64,000 bases of DNA from Cyanophora paradoxa CCMP329 (Eukaryota > Plantae > Glaucophyta): contig QPMI01000279.1 of the NCBI GenBank assembly GCA_004431415.1, forward strand, positions 1 to 64,000. Direction: 5' to 3'. The position numbers were made by a program, and so were the translations under genes. The notes beneath the pieces were generated by a model. It ran no database searches. It saw only the letters and a program-made list of their open reading frames with translations, and was not told the origin of the DNA. Of the stretch, positions 1 to 11,989 are shown in pieces (positions within the stretch are counted from its first letter, which is position 1; each line of letters starts with the position of its first letter).

Positions 1-1130
1 AGCGTCGGGGGCGCCGGAGGAGAGGAAGGGGCGGGGCGCGCGCCTTGTTGGCGGGCCACACGAAGGGGGCCATCTCGGCGAGGCGCGCGGCGTTGGCGCG
101 CAGGCGGGGGACGGTCTTCTCCAGCACGTGCCGCCACACGAGCGCGGCGCGCTCCGGGAGGCTCACGGGGGGCGGCTCCGGGGCGGGCCCCTTGCCGGCC
201 TCGGCGAGCTCGAGGCCCTCGTCGAGGGCCCCGTAGGCGGCGAGGGCGCGCGCGAAGGTCGCCCGCCGCGCCAGCGAGTCCACCGCCAGCGCCAGCAGCG
301 GCCCCGCAGACAGGCCCGTCTGCCTCCCCCGTGAGACGCAGGGAAGCGGCAGGCGGCGCGCGCGCACCACCATCCAGTCCGAGGGCGCGCACTCGGGTCC
401 AGTCCCCTGGGCGCCGGGGGCGCGCGCTTGAGGGCGAAGAAGGGCTGCGCGATCGGCGCCGGGGCGCGGGGAGGCGCACCGTGGCGGCCTCGAAGACCTG
501 AGCGAAGAAGCGCGCGAGGAGGAGCAGGAAGGCGAGCGAGTGCACGATAAGGAGCGCCGAGGTCGGCCGCCGCCGCACATGCTTCGCTTCCAGCCGCGCC
601 GTCCACGCCGCCAGGGCCCACGCCGCTGCACTCAGCACGTACCCGGCGACGAAGCCGCCGGGCACCGCCTGGCGGGCCACAGCGGCCGAGAAGAGGCCGA
701 GGAGCGGCATCACGCCGAGCCAGCACGCGGCGATCTCCCTGTAGCCCCATTTAGGCGCCGGTTCCACCTGCAGAGCGCGCGCACGAGCGGGTCAGCAGCA
801 GCCGCAGGCAGGCGCGGCTGCACGGGTCAGCGCTCAGCGCGCACGCGCGCTACGATCTGGCTGCGAAGCGCGGCGATAGTCCACGTAAAGCACCTTTCTT
901 TGACCGTACAGAGCGTTTGCACGCGAGACGGCTGCGCCGACCGCCCCCACGAGCAAAATCGCACCTGCAGCCGGCTCGAGGCCGGTGCGGACGCTCTGTG
1001 CGCACTGTCAGCTGCCGCAGTGCAGCGGGGCGTTTGCTGAGAGCGCTGGAGGGCGCGAACCATATTCCGTCGCAGTCGAGCCGCTCGAGCTCAAGCCGGA
1101 CACAGGGGTACTTCTTGTCAAGGCTTGACG
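1..1130 (-). CDS. 5' part of a multi-pass membrane protein, possibly ABCB6/HMT1-type ABC transporter N-terminus (runs off window start)
   Basis: Minus-strand exons encode several hydrophobic helices (GAILLVGAVGAAVS; IAACWLGVMPLLGLFSAAV; SALLIVHSLAFLLLLARFF) followed by LAEMAPFVWPANK, reminiscent of the xPxxWP motif before the TMD of HMT1/ABCB6. Start codon not identified. Confidence 0.35.
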
Positions 1131-1379
1131 GCTTGTTCGGCGGCCGAGATCGCGATCGTCTCTAGATCTAGTCAAGATCTGCCGGCCGGCGCCGCGGCGC
1201 CGCCGAGATCTAGACGCGAGGCTCATGATCTAGATGATCTAGACCTGGCAGGCACGGGGACCCCGAGGCGGCCTGAAGCTGAACGCCGGGCTAGGGTGCG
1301 AAAGTGCGAAGAGGAGAACCTACCTGCCTAACTAGACGCCTGTCTCTACGAGCTCCTAGGGCGGCGAGCCGACGCCGCG

Positions 1380-3600
1380 CTATATGACGGGGACATCCTC
1401 GAGGCGCGCTGGCGCCGCGCCGCCGCCGGGCCCGTGGCGCGATCCGTTCGGATTCGCGCCTGGGCCGACGCCGGCGGCGCTGCCGCTGCCGCCGGGCTCG
1501 GGCCGGGGCGCCTCCTGGTACTCAAAGAACTTGCCGCCGTCGTCCTTCGGCTCGAGCGGGAGCGGGAGGGGCGCCGGCGGCGGAGGCGGGGGCGGGGCGG
1601 GGGCGGCGGGGGCCGGGGCGCCGGCCTGCTGGGACTGCGCGCGGGGCGGGCGTGAGCGAGGGCGGGAGGGGCCTCGGAGGGCAGGGGGGAAGGGGGCGCC
1701 TGGATGATGAAGCGGGAGAAGATCATGACGAAGGAGGAGACGATGACGATCTCCGTCCAGAAGAAGGAGCAGAAGTCGAGCATGCAGCCGATCGGGGGGG
1801 CGAGCGGGGCGGAGTTGCGGAAGTAGGGGAGGGCGAAGCAGACGTTGGCGTAGCAGATGAGCATGGGGAGCTCGGCGCGCTTGTTGCGGTAGATCGCCAC
1901 GCGCGCCGCCAGCGCGAAGGCCACGAAGGAGCACGCCCACATGCCCACCATGATGAACACGGGGTACATGATGAAGACCGGCGTCCGGTGCACGTTGATG
2001 TCGGCGATCTTGGTGCCCACCGCCTGTCGCAGCCGCCTCCTGTCCTCCGGGGGCGGGAAGTAGGCCTTGAAGCCTGCGGGGGCGGGGTGAGGGCGGGGGC
2101 GGGAGGGGGGAGGGCGGGGCGCGCCGTTGACGAGGCGGGACTCGGCGACGAGCTCGAAGTCGAGCGGGGGCCCGCGCCAGGCCTCGTCCAGCACCTCCAG
2201 CTCCATGTCCAGCCGCGCCTTGTACGCGTCGAACGGGTAGTCCGTGAACGTCCCTGCCCGCCCCGCCCCGCCTCGCACGCCGCCCGCGCGCGGCCCGGCG
2301 CGGGGGCGGGCGCCGCCGCACCGTTCACGAGGCGCACGCTGACGGTCGTCGAGGTGAGGAGCGAGTTCTTCTTGAACGTCACCCCCGTCGACGAGCCTGC
2401 CCGCCCGCCCGCCCGTCAGGGAAGGCGGGCCGGGGCGGGCAGGCGGCAGGCGCGGACCGCCGTAGACCTTGACGGCGAAGGCGTGGAGGACGCGCCTCCT
2501 GCTGTCGATCAGCCGCCGGTCGTAGTTGAAGAGCTCCAGCGTCTGCCGCCCCCTCAGCGCCCCCGCGGCCGGCCCGGCGGGGCGGGCCCCGGCGGGGCGG
2601 AGAGGGCGCGCCATGGACATCGTCATGCTCGCCGGGTCGATCGTCTGCAGGCGGCGATCTGAGAGGCGGGGCGGGCGGCGGCGCGGGCGGCGGGTGAGGG
2701 GCGCGCCTGCACGTTGAGGTACACGGAGGTGGTCGCGGCGCTCGGGTCCACGGGGGCGTACGTCCGCCCGTCCACCACCTCCGTCTGCGCCGCCCTCAGC
2801 CGCGCCGCCGGCGGCGAGGCGGGCCACGGCGGACCTGCCGGAAGAAGTGGAGGGTCACGCTGAACGCGACGGCGAGCAGCACGGCGAAGATGATCGTCAT
2901 CGTCCTGCGCGGCGGCGCCCGTGAGCCGCAGGCGGCGGCGCGGCGCTCAGCCGCGGCAGCAGCGTCCCCCCCCCCTTAGGCCCGCGCGGAAGCGCAGCAC
3001 GCCGGCGCTGCCCCTCGACCGCGCCCGGAATCTCGTACGCACCCCTTGGCGATGATCATCTCCTTGTTCTTCTTCACGAACTGCACGTTCTGCTCGTGCA
3101 ACTGCTTCGCCGTGGCGAGTGGGTCCTTCACAAGCCCCGTCGTAAAAGCTCCGAACTGTGGCGCAGACTCGGCGTCAGCGGGGGCGGGGTGCAGCAGCGC
3201 AAGTGGCGGCCAGCCCGGTCAGCGGCGCTCTGGCGCAGCGGTGCAGGTCGCGGGGCCGCAGGCCGACTGCATTCAAATACAGTGGAACGTCCAAGCACCT
3301 TCTGAAAGTTTATGAATGTCTCGCCCATCAACGAGAGGAACACCTACAGGCGGCGCGAATCGGTGAAGGCGCGGCGCGAGGCGCGGCGCGAGGCGCGGCG
3401 GTGCGCACCTCTTGTGCTGTCTTTTCTATCTCTTCCTGTTCTTTCGGAGTCATGGCACGCGCCGCGGGAAGGTCATCCGCCTGCACGCCAGCGGACGGGC
3501 CGGCAGCTGATGCCTTCGCATCTGCTATGGCTGGAGGATCCGGCTCCTTCGACTGGTCAGGCTCCGACGGGCCCGGCTGCGGCCCCGCCGCCTCGGCCAT
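1380..3600 (-). CDS. DUF4436-like membrane protein (spliced)
   Basis: ATG at 3600 (MAEAAGPQP), N-terminal TM (TIIFAVLLAVAFSVTL), GTFTDYPFDAY, and C-terminal TMs with FALPYFRNSAPLAPPIGCMLDFCSFFWTE typical of DUF4436; stop at 1380. Confidence 0.7.
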
Positions 3601-3776
3601 GCTTCTGTTGCGAACGAAGGAAAGCCTACCCGTCGAAGTCCATCCATCCGTGCCATCTCCCCTCGTCATCGCTCCCAGGGCCTTTCTACGCGCAAGTGCG
3701 GCTTTATGGATTGTAATGAAGCTCGCGCCGTCGCTCACTCACCGCTTCCCGCAGCTCGATCTAGGCGGTCGGCAGG

Positions 3777-4348
3777 ATGGCGAAGCACCATCCCGATTTG
3801 ATTATGTGCCGAAGGCAACCGGGCATCGCCATCGGTCGCCTCTGCGAGAAGTGCGACGGGGTGAGCGACGCACAGGCCGCGAACCCTCGAGAACCCATTC
3901 GGGCGAGCTAACACGTGCCCCGGCGTTCGCTCTCGCAGAAATGCGTCATCTGCGACTCGTATGTGCGCCCCTGCTCCCTCGTGCGCATCTGCGACGAGTG
4001 CAACTACGGATCCAACACGGGTCGCTGCGTGATCTGCGGTGGTGCGCATGCCACCCCCAGCGTTCCTTTAGCTGGCCCGCGTTGGCCTTGCTCACCTCCT
4101 TCGCTCAGGGCCTGGCATCTCCGATGCGTACTACTGCAGAGAATGTGTGATCATGGAGAAGGACAGAGACGGGTGTCCAAAGATTATCAACGTAGGATCT
4201 TCAAGAGTCGACTTATTTTACGTGCGTGCTGTCCCGGCGCGGGCATGGTCTTCACATGGCCCTCGCCCGAGCAAGTCAGTCTGCCCCATCAGCTGTTCCC
4301 TGATCCTCCTCGCAGGAACGAAAGAAATACGGATTCAAAAAGAGGTAG
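3777..4348 (+). CDS. PHF5A: PHD finger-like domain protein 5A (SF3b subunit, Rds3 homolog), 4 exons
   Basis: [53 protein letters not shown]...[53 protein letters not shown]; three GT-AG introns. Confidence 0.97.
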
Positions 4349-4829
4349 AAAGACCTTCAAAGCCACACCACTCAGCGGTCCCGCTCCCTTCTCGCCCGAC
4401 CCGCCTGCTCCCCTTGCGGCACTCGCCCTACCGCCCTCCCGCTCTGATCCTCCTGTCTTCGCTTATCTCTTGTCCGCTCTCTTGCCCCCATCCGTTGCCA
4501 TCGCCTGTTTTCCTTTCCTTGTGATCAATTCTCTTCCGAACTTCCGAAGTTCGATCCCCCGGCGTCAGGCGTTCCAGCTGCAAAGTGCATTGGGGGTGCA
4601 TGTGCAGCTAGGGTCGATGCACTTGCTCCTGCCCAGGCGTCGCATAAGCTTCCTCAGGGCCTCACTGAGTCACCCCGCTTGCCACGGAGGACAGAACAGA
4701 GACTACCCCCCCTCGCCTAGGAGCCGCAGCGTTAGGGCCAGCCACGGATGCGCAGTGTGATAGCCGGCTTAGCTATATAGCGACGGAGCACGCCTAAGGC
4801 GAGCGGCGCGTGGCGACGGCGGCGGAGAG

Positions 4830-7800
4830 ATGCTGCGAAGGCCGGCCACGGAAGCCCTCGGCGGCCGCAACGTGTGCAGGCGCGAGGCGTCCTGCGGAAC
4901 CGGTACAGCGCTGACAGTTATCTTGATGCTATGCGCGGTCGCCCTTTCCGCTGCAGCGGGACCGAAGTCTTCAACGGGTTGTGCGTTCGATTTCGAACGG
5001 CGCCGGTCCCCGCCGGTTGCCGCGCGTATGTATGACGTTCTGCAGATCCCATATCGCGCTGCATCCCCGCGCGGACAATCCTGTCGGAGACGAACCAGAC
5101 GCGCGCCCTCAACTTGACGGCGCGCCTCGCGGGCTCCTCGCGCTTCCTCGACACGCGGTGGCACTCGTTCAGACCCGTCGCGGGTGCGTCCTATCGCCCT
5201 TAGCTGCAGGGCAGTTGGCAGTGCTCGGCACCCTAACGCTCATTCATACGCAGCGCGGAGCGCGGAACCGATGCTTGCCACGGTGCGCCCCCGAGATGCC
5301 GACCGCGTGCGGCTTTCGCTTCGCGACTGAGCTCTCGCTTCCAGCTCGGCGGGGACGTCGGAGAGATAGCGCTCGCCCTCGAGGCGCACGGGGCCGTCAC
5401 GGGGCGGCACGGGGCCGCGCGGCGGGGTCCCCCGCAGAGCGCGAACATGAGCGCGATGAGCGCCGTCTTCGAGGCGTCGGCCGAGTCCCTGGTCCGCCCG
5501 CCCGCCCGCCCGCGCTCGCGGGGGCCCGGCCGGGACGCGCTGAGGGCCGGCCGCGGGGGCGCAGGTCTCGGCGTTCGTGGCGCGGCAGGCGGTGCCCGGG
5601 CAGCGGCCCCTCTACGCCTGGATCGAGCGCTCCGCCGTCGACGCCATCCGCGCCAAGGCGCGCCGCCGCCCGCCGCCCCGCCCGCCCGCCGCCGCCCGCC
5701 GGCTGACGTCGCTGCCAGCTGCCAGCGCCGGCCGGGGCCGCGGTGGACCTGGCGGCGCCGCCGGCGGAGCTGCGCGAGGCGATCCTCGAGCTCGTCGTGC
5801 AGCCGGAGCTCGCCGGGGAGGAGTACCGGGCGTGGGCGCTGGCGGCGGAGGGCCCGCGGGGGCGGCGACGGCGGCGGCGACGCGGGCGGCGACTCGGGCC
5901 TTCTTCCGCGCTCTGTGGGCCGCGGGGCGTCCGGCGCCGTGCGCCTCGAGGTCTCCCCGGAGGCCCCGCCCGCCCCTCGCCGCCCTCGTCACCCTCGACT
6001 CCTCCGGCTGGCCCGCCCCCGGCCCCGCCCGCCCGCCCCGCCCCGCCCCCACCTCATCTGAGCCGGCCCTCCCCGCAGCGCGAACCAGGCGGTGGGGACG
6101 GCGGTGCGGGGCGGCGTCGGGTCGTGAACGCGGCCCTCGCCGCGCGCTTCCTGCGCCGCTCCCTCGCCGCCCTCGCCTGCCGCACCCTCGCCGGCTGCTC
6201 CGACTCGGCCCCCTCGCCGCGCGCGCCGAGGCCCGCGCCGCCGAGCTCGTGCGCCCCGCCCCGCGCCCGACCGCCCCGGCTCGCGCCCGACCGCCCCGCC
6301 CCGCCCCACCCCGCCCGCGCGCAGCTGGACGTGTACTCGCGGGCGGCGGCGGCGGGCGGGGCCGTCCTCGCTTCCGCCTCGGTGGCGGCGCACAGCGGCT
6401 TCGGGGGGATGCCGGGCGGGGCGGGGCGCATGGGCGCGGCGCGGAAGCCGCCGGAGTGCGTGGCGACGCACGTGGGGACGGAGCTGGAGGCGGCCCCGGG
6501 CACCATCCCGCCCGACGCCGACAAGCTCGCCGCCTTCGTCGCGGCGCAGGAGCTGACGTTCGTGGACCCGACGGAGCACACGTGGAGCTGCGTCGACGGG
6601 CGCACCGCGCACCCGGCGCTGGGCACCCCGGGGGGCACCCTCGCCGAGTTCCTCCTCGCCCTCTCCGCCTTCGAGCGCGCCGCCGTCCGCCCCGCCCCGC
6701 CCCGCCCCGCCCCGCCCGAGGCGAGGCGAGGCGGGCGCGCAGCCGAGCTTCGTGCTGGACGAGGACACCGTGCAGGCCCTCCTCGACGAGTTCGTCGACC
6801 GGTGCGCCCCCGGCCCGGTCCCGTCCCCTCCGCTGCGCCCCGGTCCCACGCGAGGCGGCCGCGCAGCTACGCGCTGCCGCCGGGGCGGCAGTTCTACGCG
6901 CACACGTCGGTGCACGCGCAGGAGGACCTCGCCGCCTACGTCGCCGCCGCCCAGGCCGCCGACGTCGCCGCCGCCGAGCCGCCGGCCGCGCTCCGGCCCG
7001 CCCTCCTCGGCGCCGTCGCCCTCATCAAGTTCATCGGCTGCTCGCACCTCCGCTACATGCTCATGCAGCCCGAGGCACGCCCCCGCGCCCCGCCCCGCCC
7101 CGCCTCGCCCCGCCCCGGAGCCGCCGAGCGAGCGGGCGAGCGAGCCGGGGAACGTTCGTCAGGTGTACCGGACGAACCCGGCGGTGGTGGGCTGGGCGGT
7201 GCGGAGCTTCTACCGGGCGCTGTGGGCGGACGGGGCGCTCGGGGGCGGGCGGCTCCTCCTGGAGGTGCTGGAGGGGGACCACGCGGAGGGCTTCCTCGCC
7301 GTCGTCTCCACCGCCGGCTGCCCGGGCCACGAGGCCCCCTTCAACCCCACCCCCCTCGGGCCCCCCGCCTTCGACTCCTCCCGGTCCGCCCCCGCCCCCG
7401 CGCCCCCGCGCCCCCGGTGCCCCGGCCTCGCCGCGACCTTCCGTCCTTGCAGGCCCGAGGCCTTCGTGCTGCACGAGGCGAGCCTGCGGGCAATCCGCGG
7501 CTACACTGCCTCCTTCTTCGCGGGGGCGGCCCCCAACGTCTCCGCCGCCGACCTCGCCGCCGACATGCAGGCCGCCTTCCCCGCCCAGGCCCGGCCCGGC
7601 CCGTCCCCGCGCCCCACCCGCCCGCCTGACGGGGCGCAGGTGGAGCACACGCTGGCGGCGCTGGCGCCGGGCGTGGCGCGCGTGCACGTCCTCGTCTCCG
7701 CCGCCCCCTCCGCCGCCCTCTTCGACGCCCTCGACGCCGACGCCGCCGCCGCCAGTCCGCCCCCGCCCGCCCCGCCCCGCCCCGCCGCCCCTGAGGCCGC

Positions 7801-8940
7801 GTGCGCGCGGCAGGCGGGCGCCACGTCGTCGGCTTCGCGCTGGCCCTCCCCTCCGTCCCCTGCGCCGCCCTCACCGTCCCCGTCCTCGCCAACCTCAAAC
7901 CCCGCGTCGCCGCGTGCGCCGCCCCTCCCCGCCCCCGCCCGCCCGCGACGGCGGCTTAGGCGGGGCAGGCGCCTCGACCTCCCGCCCGAGGCGGTGCTCA
8001 TCACGGGCCTCGAGTGCGGGGCGGGGGACGAGAACGCCACCGCCGCCGCCGCCCGCCTCACCCTCGACCTCCTCGTGCCCCGCTTCACCGGCTCCTCCGG
8101 CGCGCGCCGCACCCCCCCCCCCCCCCCCGCAGCTCCCAGCGTGGCTGACGCCGGCGCAGCGCTCTGGGCCTCGTCCGACCTGCTCGCCCGCCTCCGCTCC
8201 GCCGCCGGCACCGGCGCCCTCTCGGGCTCGGCCCGGCGGGCGCCCCCTCGGCCCCACGCGTCCCCGTCGAGGCGGCCGAGGCGGCGGGGCTGCCCCGCGT
8301 CCGCCCCCTCGCGCCGCCCCCCGAGGACGCGGCCGCCGCCCGCTCGGGGGGGACCCTCGCCGCCCCGAGCCGCTGGTGGCGGCCGACTCGCTGGCGCGCG
8401 CCAGCGGCGCCCTCGCCGCCCTCCTCGCCCTCGTCGGCGTCGCCCTCTCCGGCGCCGCCTGCTTCCTCCTCCTCCGCCCCGGCGCCCCCCGGGGCCGCCC
8501 CGCGGCCCCGCCCCGGGCCCGGCCTCGGAGGCCCCCGGCGAGGTCGACCTCGAGGCGGGCAAGGCGGGTGCCGACTCGGAGCCGGAGGGGCCGCCGGCGC
8601 GGGCGGGTCGTACCCCGGGCAGCGCTCGGGGCAGCGCGGGCGCTCGCTGCCGCCCCCGGGGCGCGCTTCCAAGTCCTTCTCCGAGGGCGCCTCCCCCGCC
8701 TCCGCCTCCGCCGGCGCCTCCCCGCGCCTCCCCGAGGCCCCTGCCCCCGCCCCTGCCCCCGCCCTCTCCTCCGGCCGCGCCACCCCGGGCCCCGCCGTCT
8801 CGCTGTACCCACCTGCCGAGCGGGAGAACCCCTTCGCGTACGCCGAGGGGCGCGACACGCTCTTCCTGAACCCCTTCGCCGAGCCGCCCGGCGGGCCGGG
8901 CGCCGGGCCCCCCGCCGCCTCCCTGCCCCCGCAGCTCTAG
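4830..8940 (+). CDS. Signal-peptide, single-pass membrane protein with a degenerate and an intact zeta/CDCA-like carbonic anhydrase repeat
   Basis: Hydrophobic N-terminus (LTVILMLCAVALSAAA); repeat 2 has WSCVDGR...GTPGG (6589), FYAHT (~6892), IGCSH (~7036), LEGDHAE (~7268); repeat 1 aligns but lacks the ligands; TM GALAALLALVGVALSGAACFLLL (~8405-8475); tail ends ...NPF...NPF...PQL* at 8940. Exon joins in the 3' part are uncertain. Confidence 0.6.
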
Positions 8941-9557
8941 GCGGGCCTCTTTCAAGTTTCCTTATCGATACCAATATCGAGCGCGCTGTGCTTGCTTGTT
9001 GTTATTGCAGTCTTGCAGACGCTATGCGCAGCTGCAGCTTCGGAATTCCGTGCACGTGCATGCATGCGCGCGCACCGGTTCGAGCTGCAAGGAGTCGGCC
9101 GGCGCAGCGCCTACTGGGAGGCGGCATGCTGATTTTGCGTACCCGGCGTTCTATGACGACGAATTGCCAAGCGACGTGGAGTCATCAGTGGAGATCCGAG
9201 AAGCTGACGGCGAGAACGTCGCGCTCGGCGGCACTCGAGCTCGGCAGAAGCTGAAGGCACTCGGCAGAACTGTCGGCAGTGGCTCGGCAATCGACCCAGC
9301 TTAGGGCCAGCTAGCGGTGAGAACTTCTTCGGAAGGTACCAGTGGAATGGAAGGTGCAGCCCGGCGGAGTCCCGCAGATGACCGCGCGTAGCATCGGCGG
9401 AGCGCAACCGAGCTAGGAGAGGATGAGCTACTATCAGCAGCAGTGCTACCGGCGGCAGGACTGCGTCGGGAGGTCCTGGCCCGTTGAGTCATTTCGCGAA
9501 TGCGTCGAGTCCGGGGGCTGGTCAGTGGACGACGGCCAGTGCTGGAACCTGAAGGTC

Positions 9558-10705
9558 ATGGCCACCAAGTCGCGCGTCGCCCGGCCGCCGCGGCCGGCCC
9601 CCGAGGAGGAGGAGAATTCCTGGGAGGAGGACGAGGCGCGGGAGCGGGAAGAACTGCTGCAGCTTCGCCGGGAGCAGGCCGAGGCCCGCTCATTTGAACG
9701 TGCGCGCGCCGCGCCCGCGCGCCGCGGCGCGAGCGGCGCGCCGACCGCGGGGCGCGGGGCAGCGGAGGTGCAGCGGCGGCACGTGGAGCGGTACGAGGCG
9801 CGGGAGGTGCCGCCGGCGCGGGACTCGCGGGTGGAGGCGGAGGCGGAGGCGGCGATCGCGGAGCTGGAGGAGGCGCTGCGGGCCGGCCGCGCCGAGGTCG
9901 CCCGCCTCCAGGAGGCCCTCCGCCGCCCCGCCCGCCCCGGCGAGGCCCCCGAGCCCGAGCCCGAGCGCGAGCCCGAGGCCGAGGCCGACGCCGACGCCGA
10001 GTTCAATCTGGAGCTCGAGCTCGACGCGCTGGAGGCCGGCTTGGACGCCGACGGCGCCGCCGCCGCCCTGCTCGACCACGAGGTGCGCCGCCGCGCCCCT
10101 CCCGCGCTGCCTCCTGCTGCCGCCGACCCTTCCGCAGCTCGCTTTCGACTCCTTCCCCGGCTGACAGCCGGCCGGAGATAAGGGTTTAGGCCCCAGGGGG
10201 AGTGGCGGTCACGGAGGACGCGTAGCGCGAGGCGGACTCCGGGGCGGAGTGGCCCAGTGGCGGCCTCCTATCATTTGACCCCGAGGCGCGAAGCGCGAGC
10301 ACCTCGACGGCTGGCAGCCGGCCTCCGACCGCCGGCGCCTTGCAATTCAACCATACCGTGATGTGGAGGCCCCGCGGACTTGCCGGACCCGTCGCGGGGG
10401 CCGGTGCCCGCCGAGAGCGCGGCGCCGGCGGCAGCGCGGGGGGCGCCGGCGCAGCAGACCACCGCCGCCTTCCACGCCATCCCGGCCTCGCCCTCGGCCG
10501 CCCAGCCGCCGGGGCTCCCAGCGCCCGGCCGGCCCTCCCCTCGGCAGGCCTCCCGCGACGCATCCGAGGGGCTGAAGCGGCTCCAGCCCCCCTTGGGCCC
10601 CCGCGGGGCCGCCTACGAGCCCGACGCTCGCCGCGAGCCCCGCGGCGCTCGGGGGCGTCCGGAGCTGGAGCTCGCAGCGCTCACAGCGACGTCGATCAGC
10701 CTGCC
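9558..10705 (+). CDS. Hypothetical coiled-coil/acidic protein, 3' end interrupted by tandem insertion
   Basis: MATKSRVARPP...EEDEAREREELLQLRREQ...AAIAELEEALRAGRAEVARLQEAL; high GC3 codon usage. Start may lie further upstream (~9020-9420). Confidence 0.4.
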
Positions 10706-11567
10706 ATTCGCTGCTAGTGGTGTCTTATATAATTATTGCGCGATACCCTATTTGAAGCATAGTATTAGAGTACACTAAATTATTCTTAAGTTATTCCAGC
10801 TATCTGAGTTTCAATTCAAACAGTGCACTTTCAATCTGGCAATTTTCTCGGGACTGAGCTTGTCAGCGGCTCAAGACTCGGGAGTCGGGACTCGGGAGTC
10901 CTGGCCATGGAGTCCCGGAGCCTCGGCCTCGGAGTCCGACATTGTCCGACGCCGTGACGGTCGAACGTTAACATCGTCGAGCTGAGCCTCGGAGCCTCGG
11001 AGTAGCCGAGTCGATCGGATCGCGCATCATGTCCGACCGTCGGACGGTCCCGCTAGCTATAGCTAGCTATAGGCTATACTACTACTACTACTATGATAGC
11101 CTTCAGGCTTTCAAATTTAGCTTGGACTTCGAATCACTGAATTTCGATTGACTCAGTGGAAGTTCCGTCGCTCAGCGGCTAAGACTGCGGCGGCCATTCG
11201 CTGCTAGTGGTGTCTTATATAATTATTGCGCGATACCCTATTTGAAGCTTGGCCATGTCGGGCTCGGGAGTCCTGGCCATGGAGTCCCGGAGCCTCGGCC
11301 TCGGAGTCCGACATTGTCCGACGCCGTGACGGTCGAACGTTAACATCGTCGAGCTGAGCCTCGGAGCCTCGGAGTAGCCGAGTCGATCGGATCGCGCATC
11401 ATGTCCGACCGTCGGACGGTCCCGCTAGCTATAGCTAGCTATAGGCTATACTACTACTACTACTATGATAGCCTTCAGGCTTTCAAATTTAGCTTGGACT
11501 TCGAATCACTGAATTTCGATTGACTCAGTGGAAGTTCCGTCGCTCAGCGGCTAAGACTGCGGCGGCC
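10703..11567. mobile_element. Head-to-tail tandem non-coding insertion (487-bp copy plus 369-bp internally deleted copy) with GCC at each junction
   Basis: 10703-10758 is identical to 11193-11248 and 10891-11195 is identical to 11263-11567; GCC at 10703, 11193 and 11565; no coding capacity seen and lower GC than the flanks. Confidence 0.65.
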
Positions 11568-11989
11568 GTCACGGTCGCCGCGCGCGGGGCCCCGCGTGCA
11601 CGCTTAAATTAAAAATTTTCTGCGGCTGCGGCCACGGCAGCCGAGGGCGGCGCGCGCTCGTGCGATTCGATCGCCGCACAGACTACGCCTCATGATCACT
11701 GCAAGTCGGGCGAATTCGGACGAGCCTCGGAGATCCACTGCATATTTCTGAAAGAAGCTATCTAAATGCCTAGCCGTGTCCATGTCTAAACAATTTTGAG
11801 AGTTTTATAGCTTTACTTGAAAAAAGGGGATAAAGTCTGCGGGGGCGGCGGCGCGCGCGCCATGGCGGGGCGAGCGGCGGCGCCCGCGTACGGTAAGGGG
11901 AGAGAAAGGGGACGTGGGAGACTCGAGGGGGACGGGGGCGGGTGCGGGGTGCGGGGCCGGGGCTAGGGGCGGGCGGCGGGGGCGGGCGC

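Noticed and set aside
5577-9254. 1225-aa ORF and similar long Pro/Arg/Gly-rich ORFs throughout the track
   Set aside because: Shadow frames caused by extreme GC content and in-frame read-through of short introns; real products need splicing across frames.
10703-11567. CRISPR array or LTR pair
   Set aside because: Only two long copies, no spacers or cas genes, no TG..CA ends or internal coding region.
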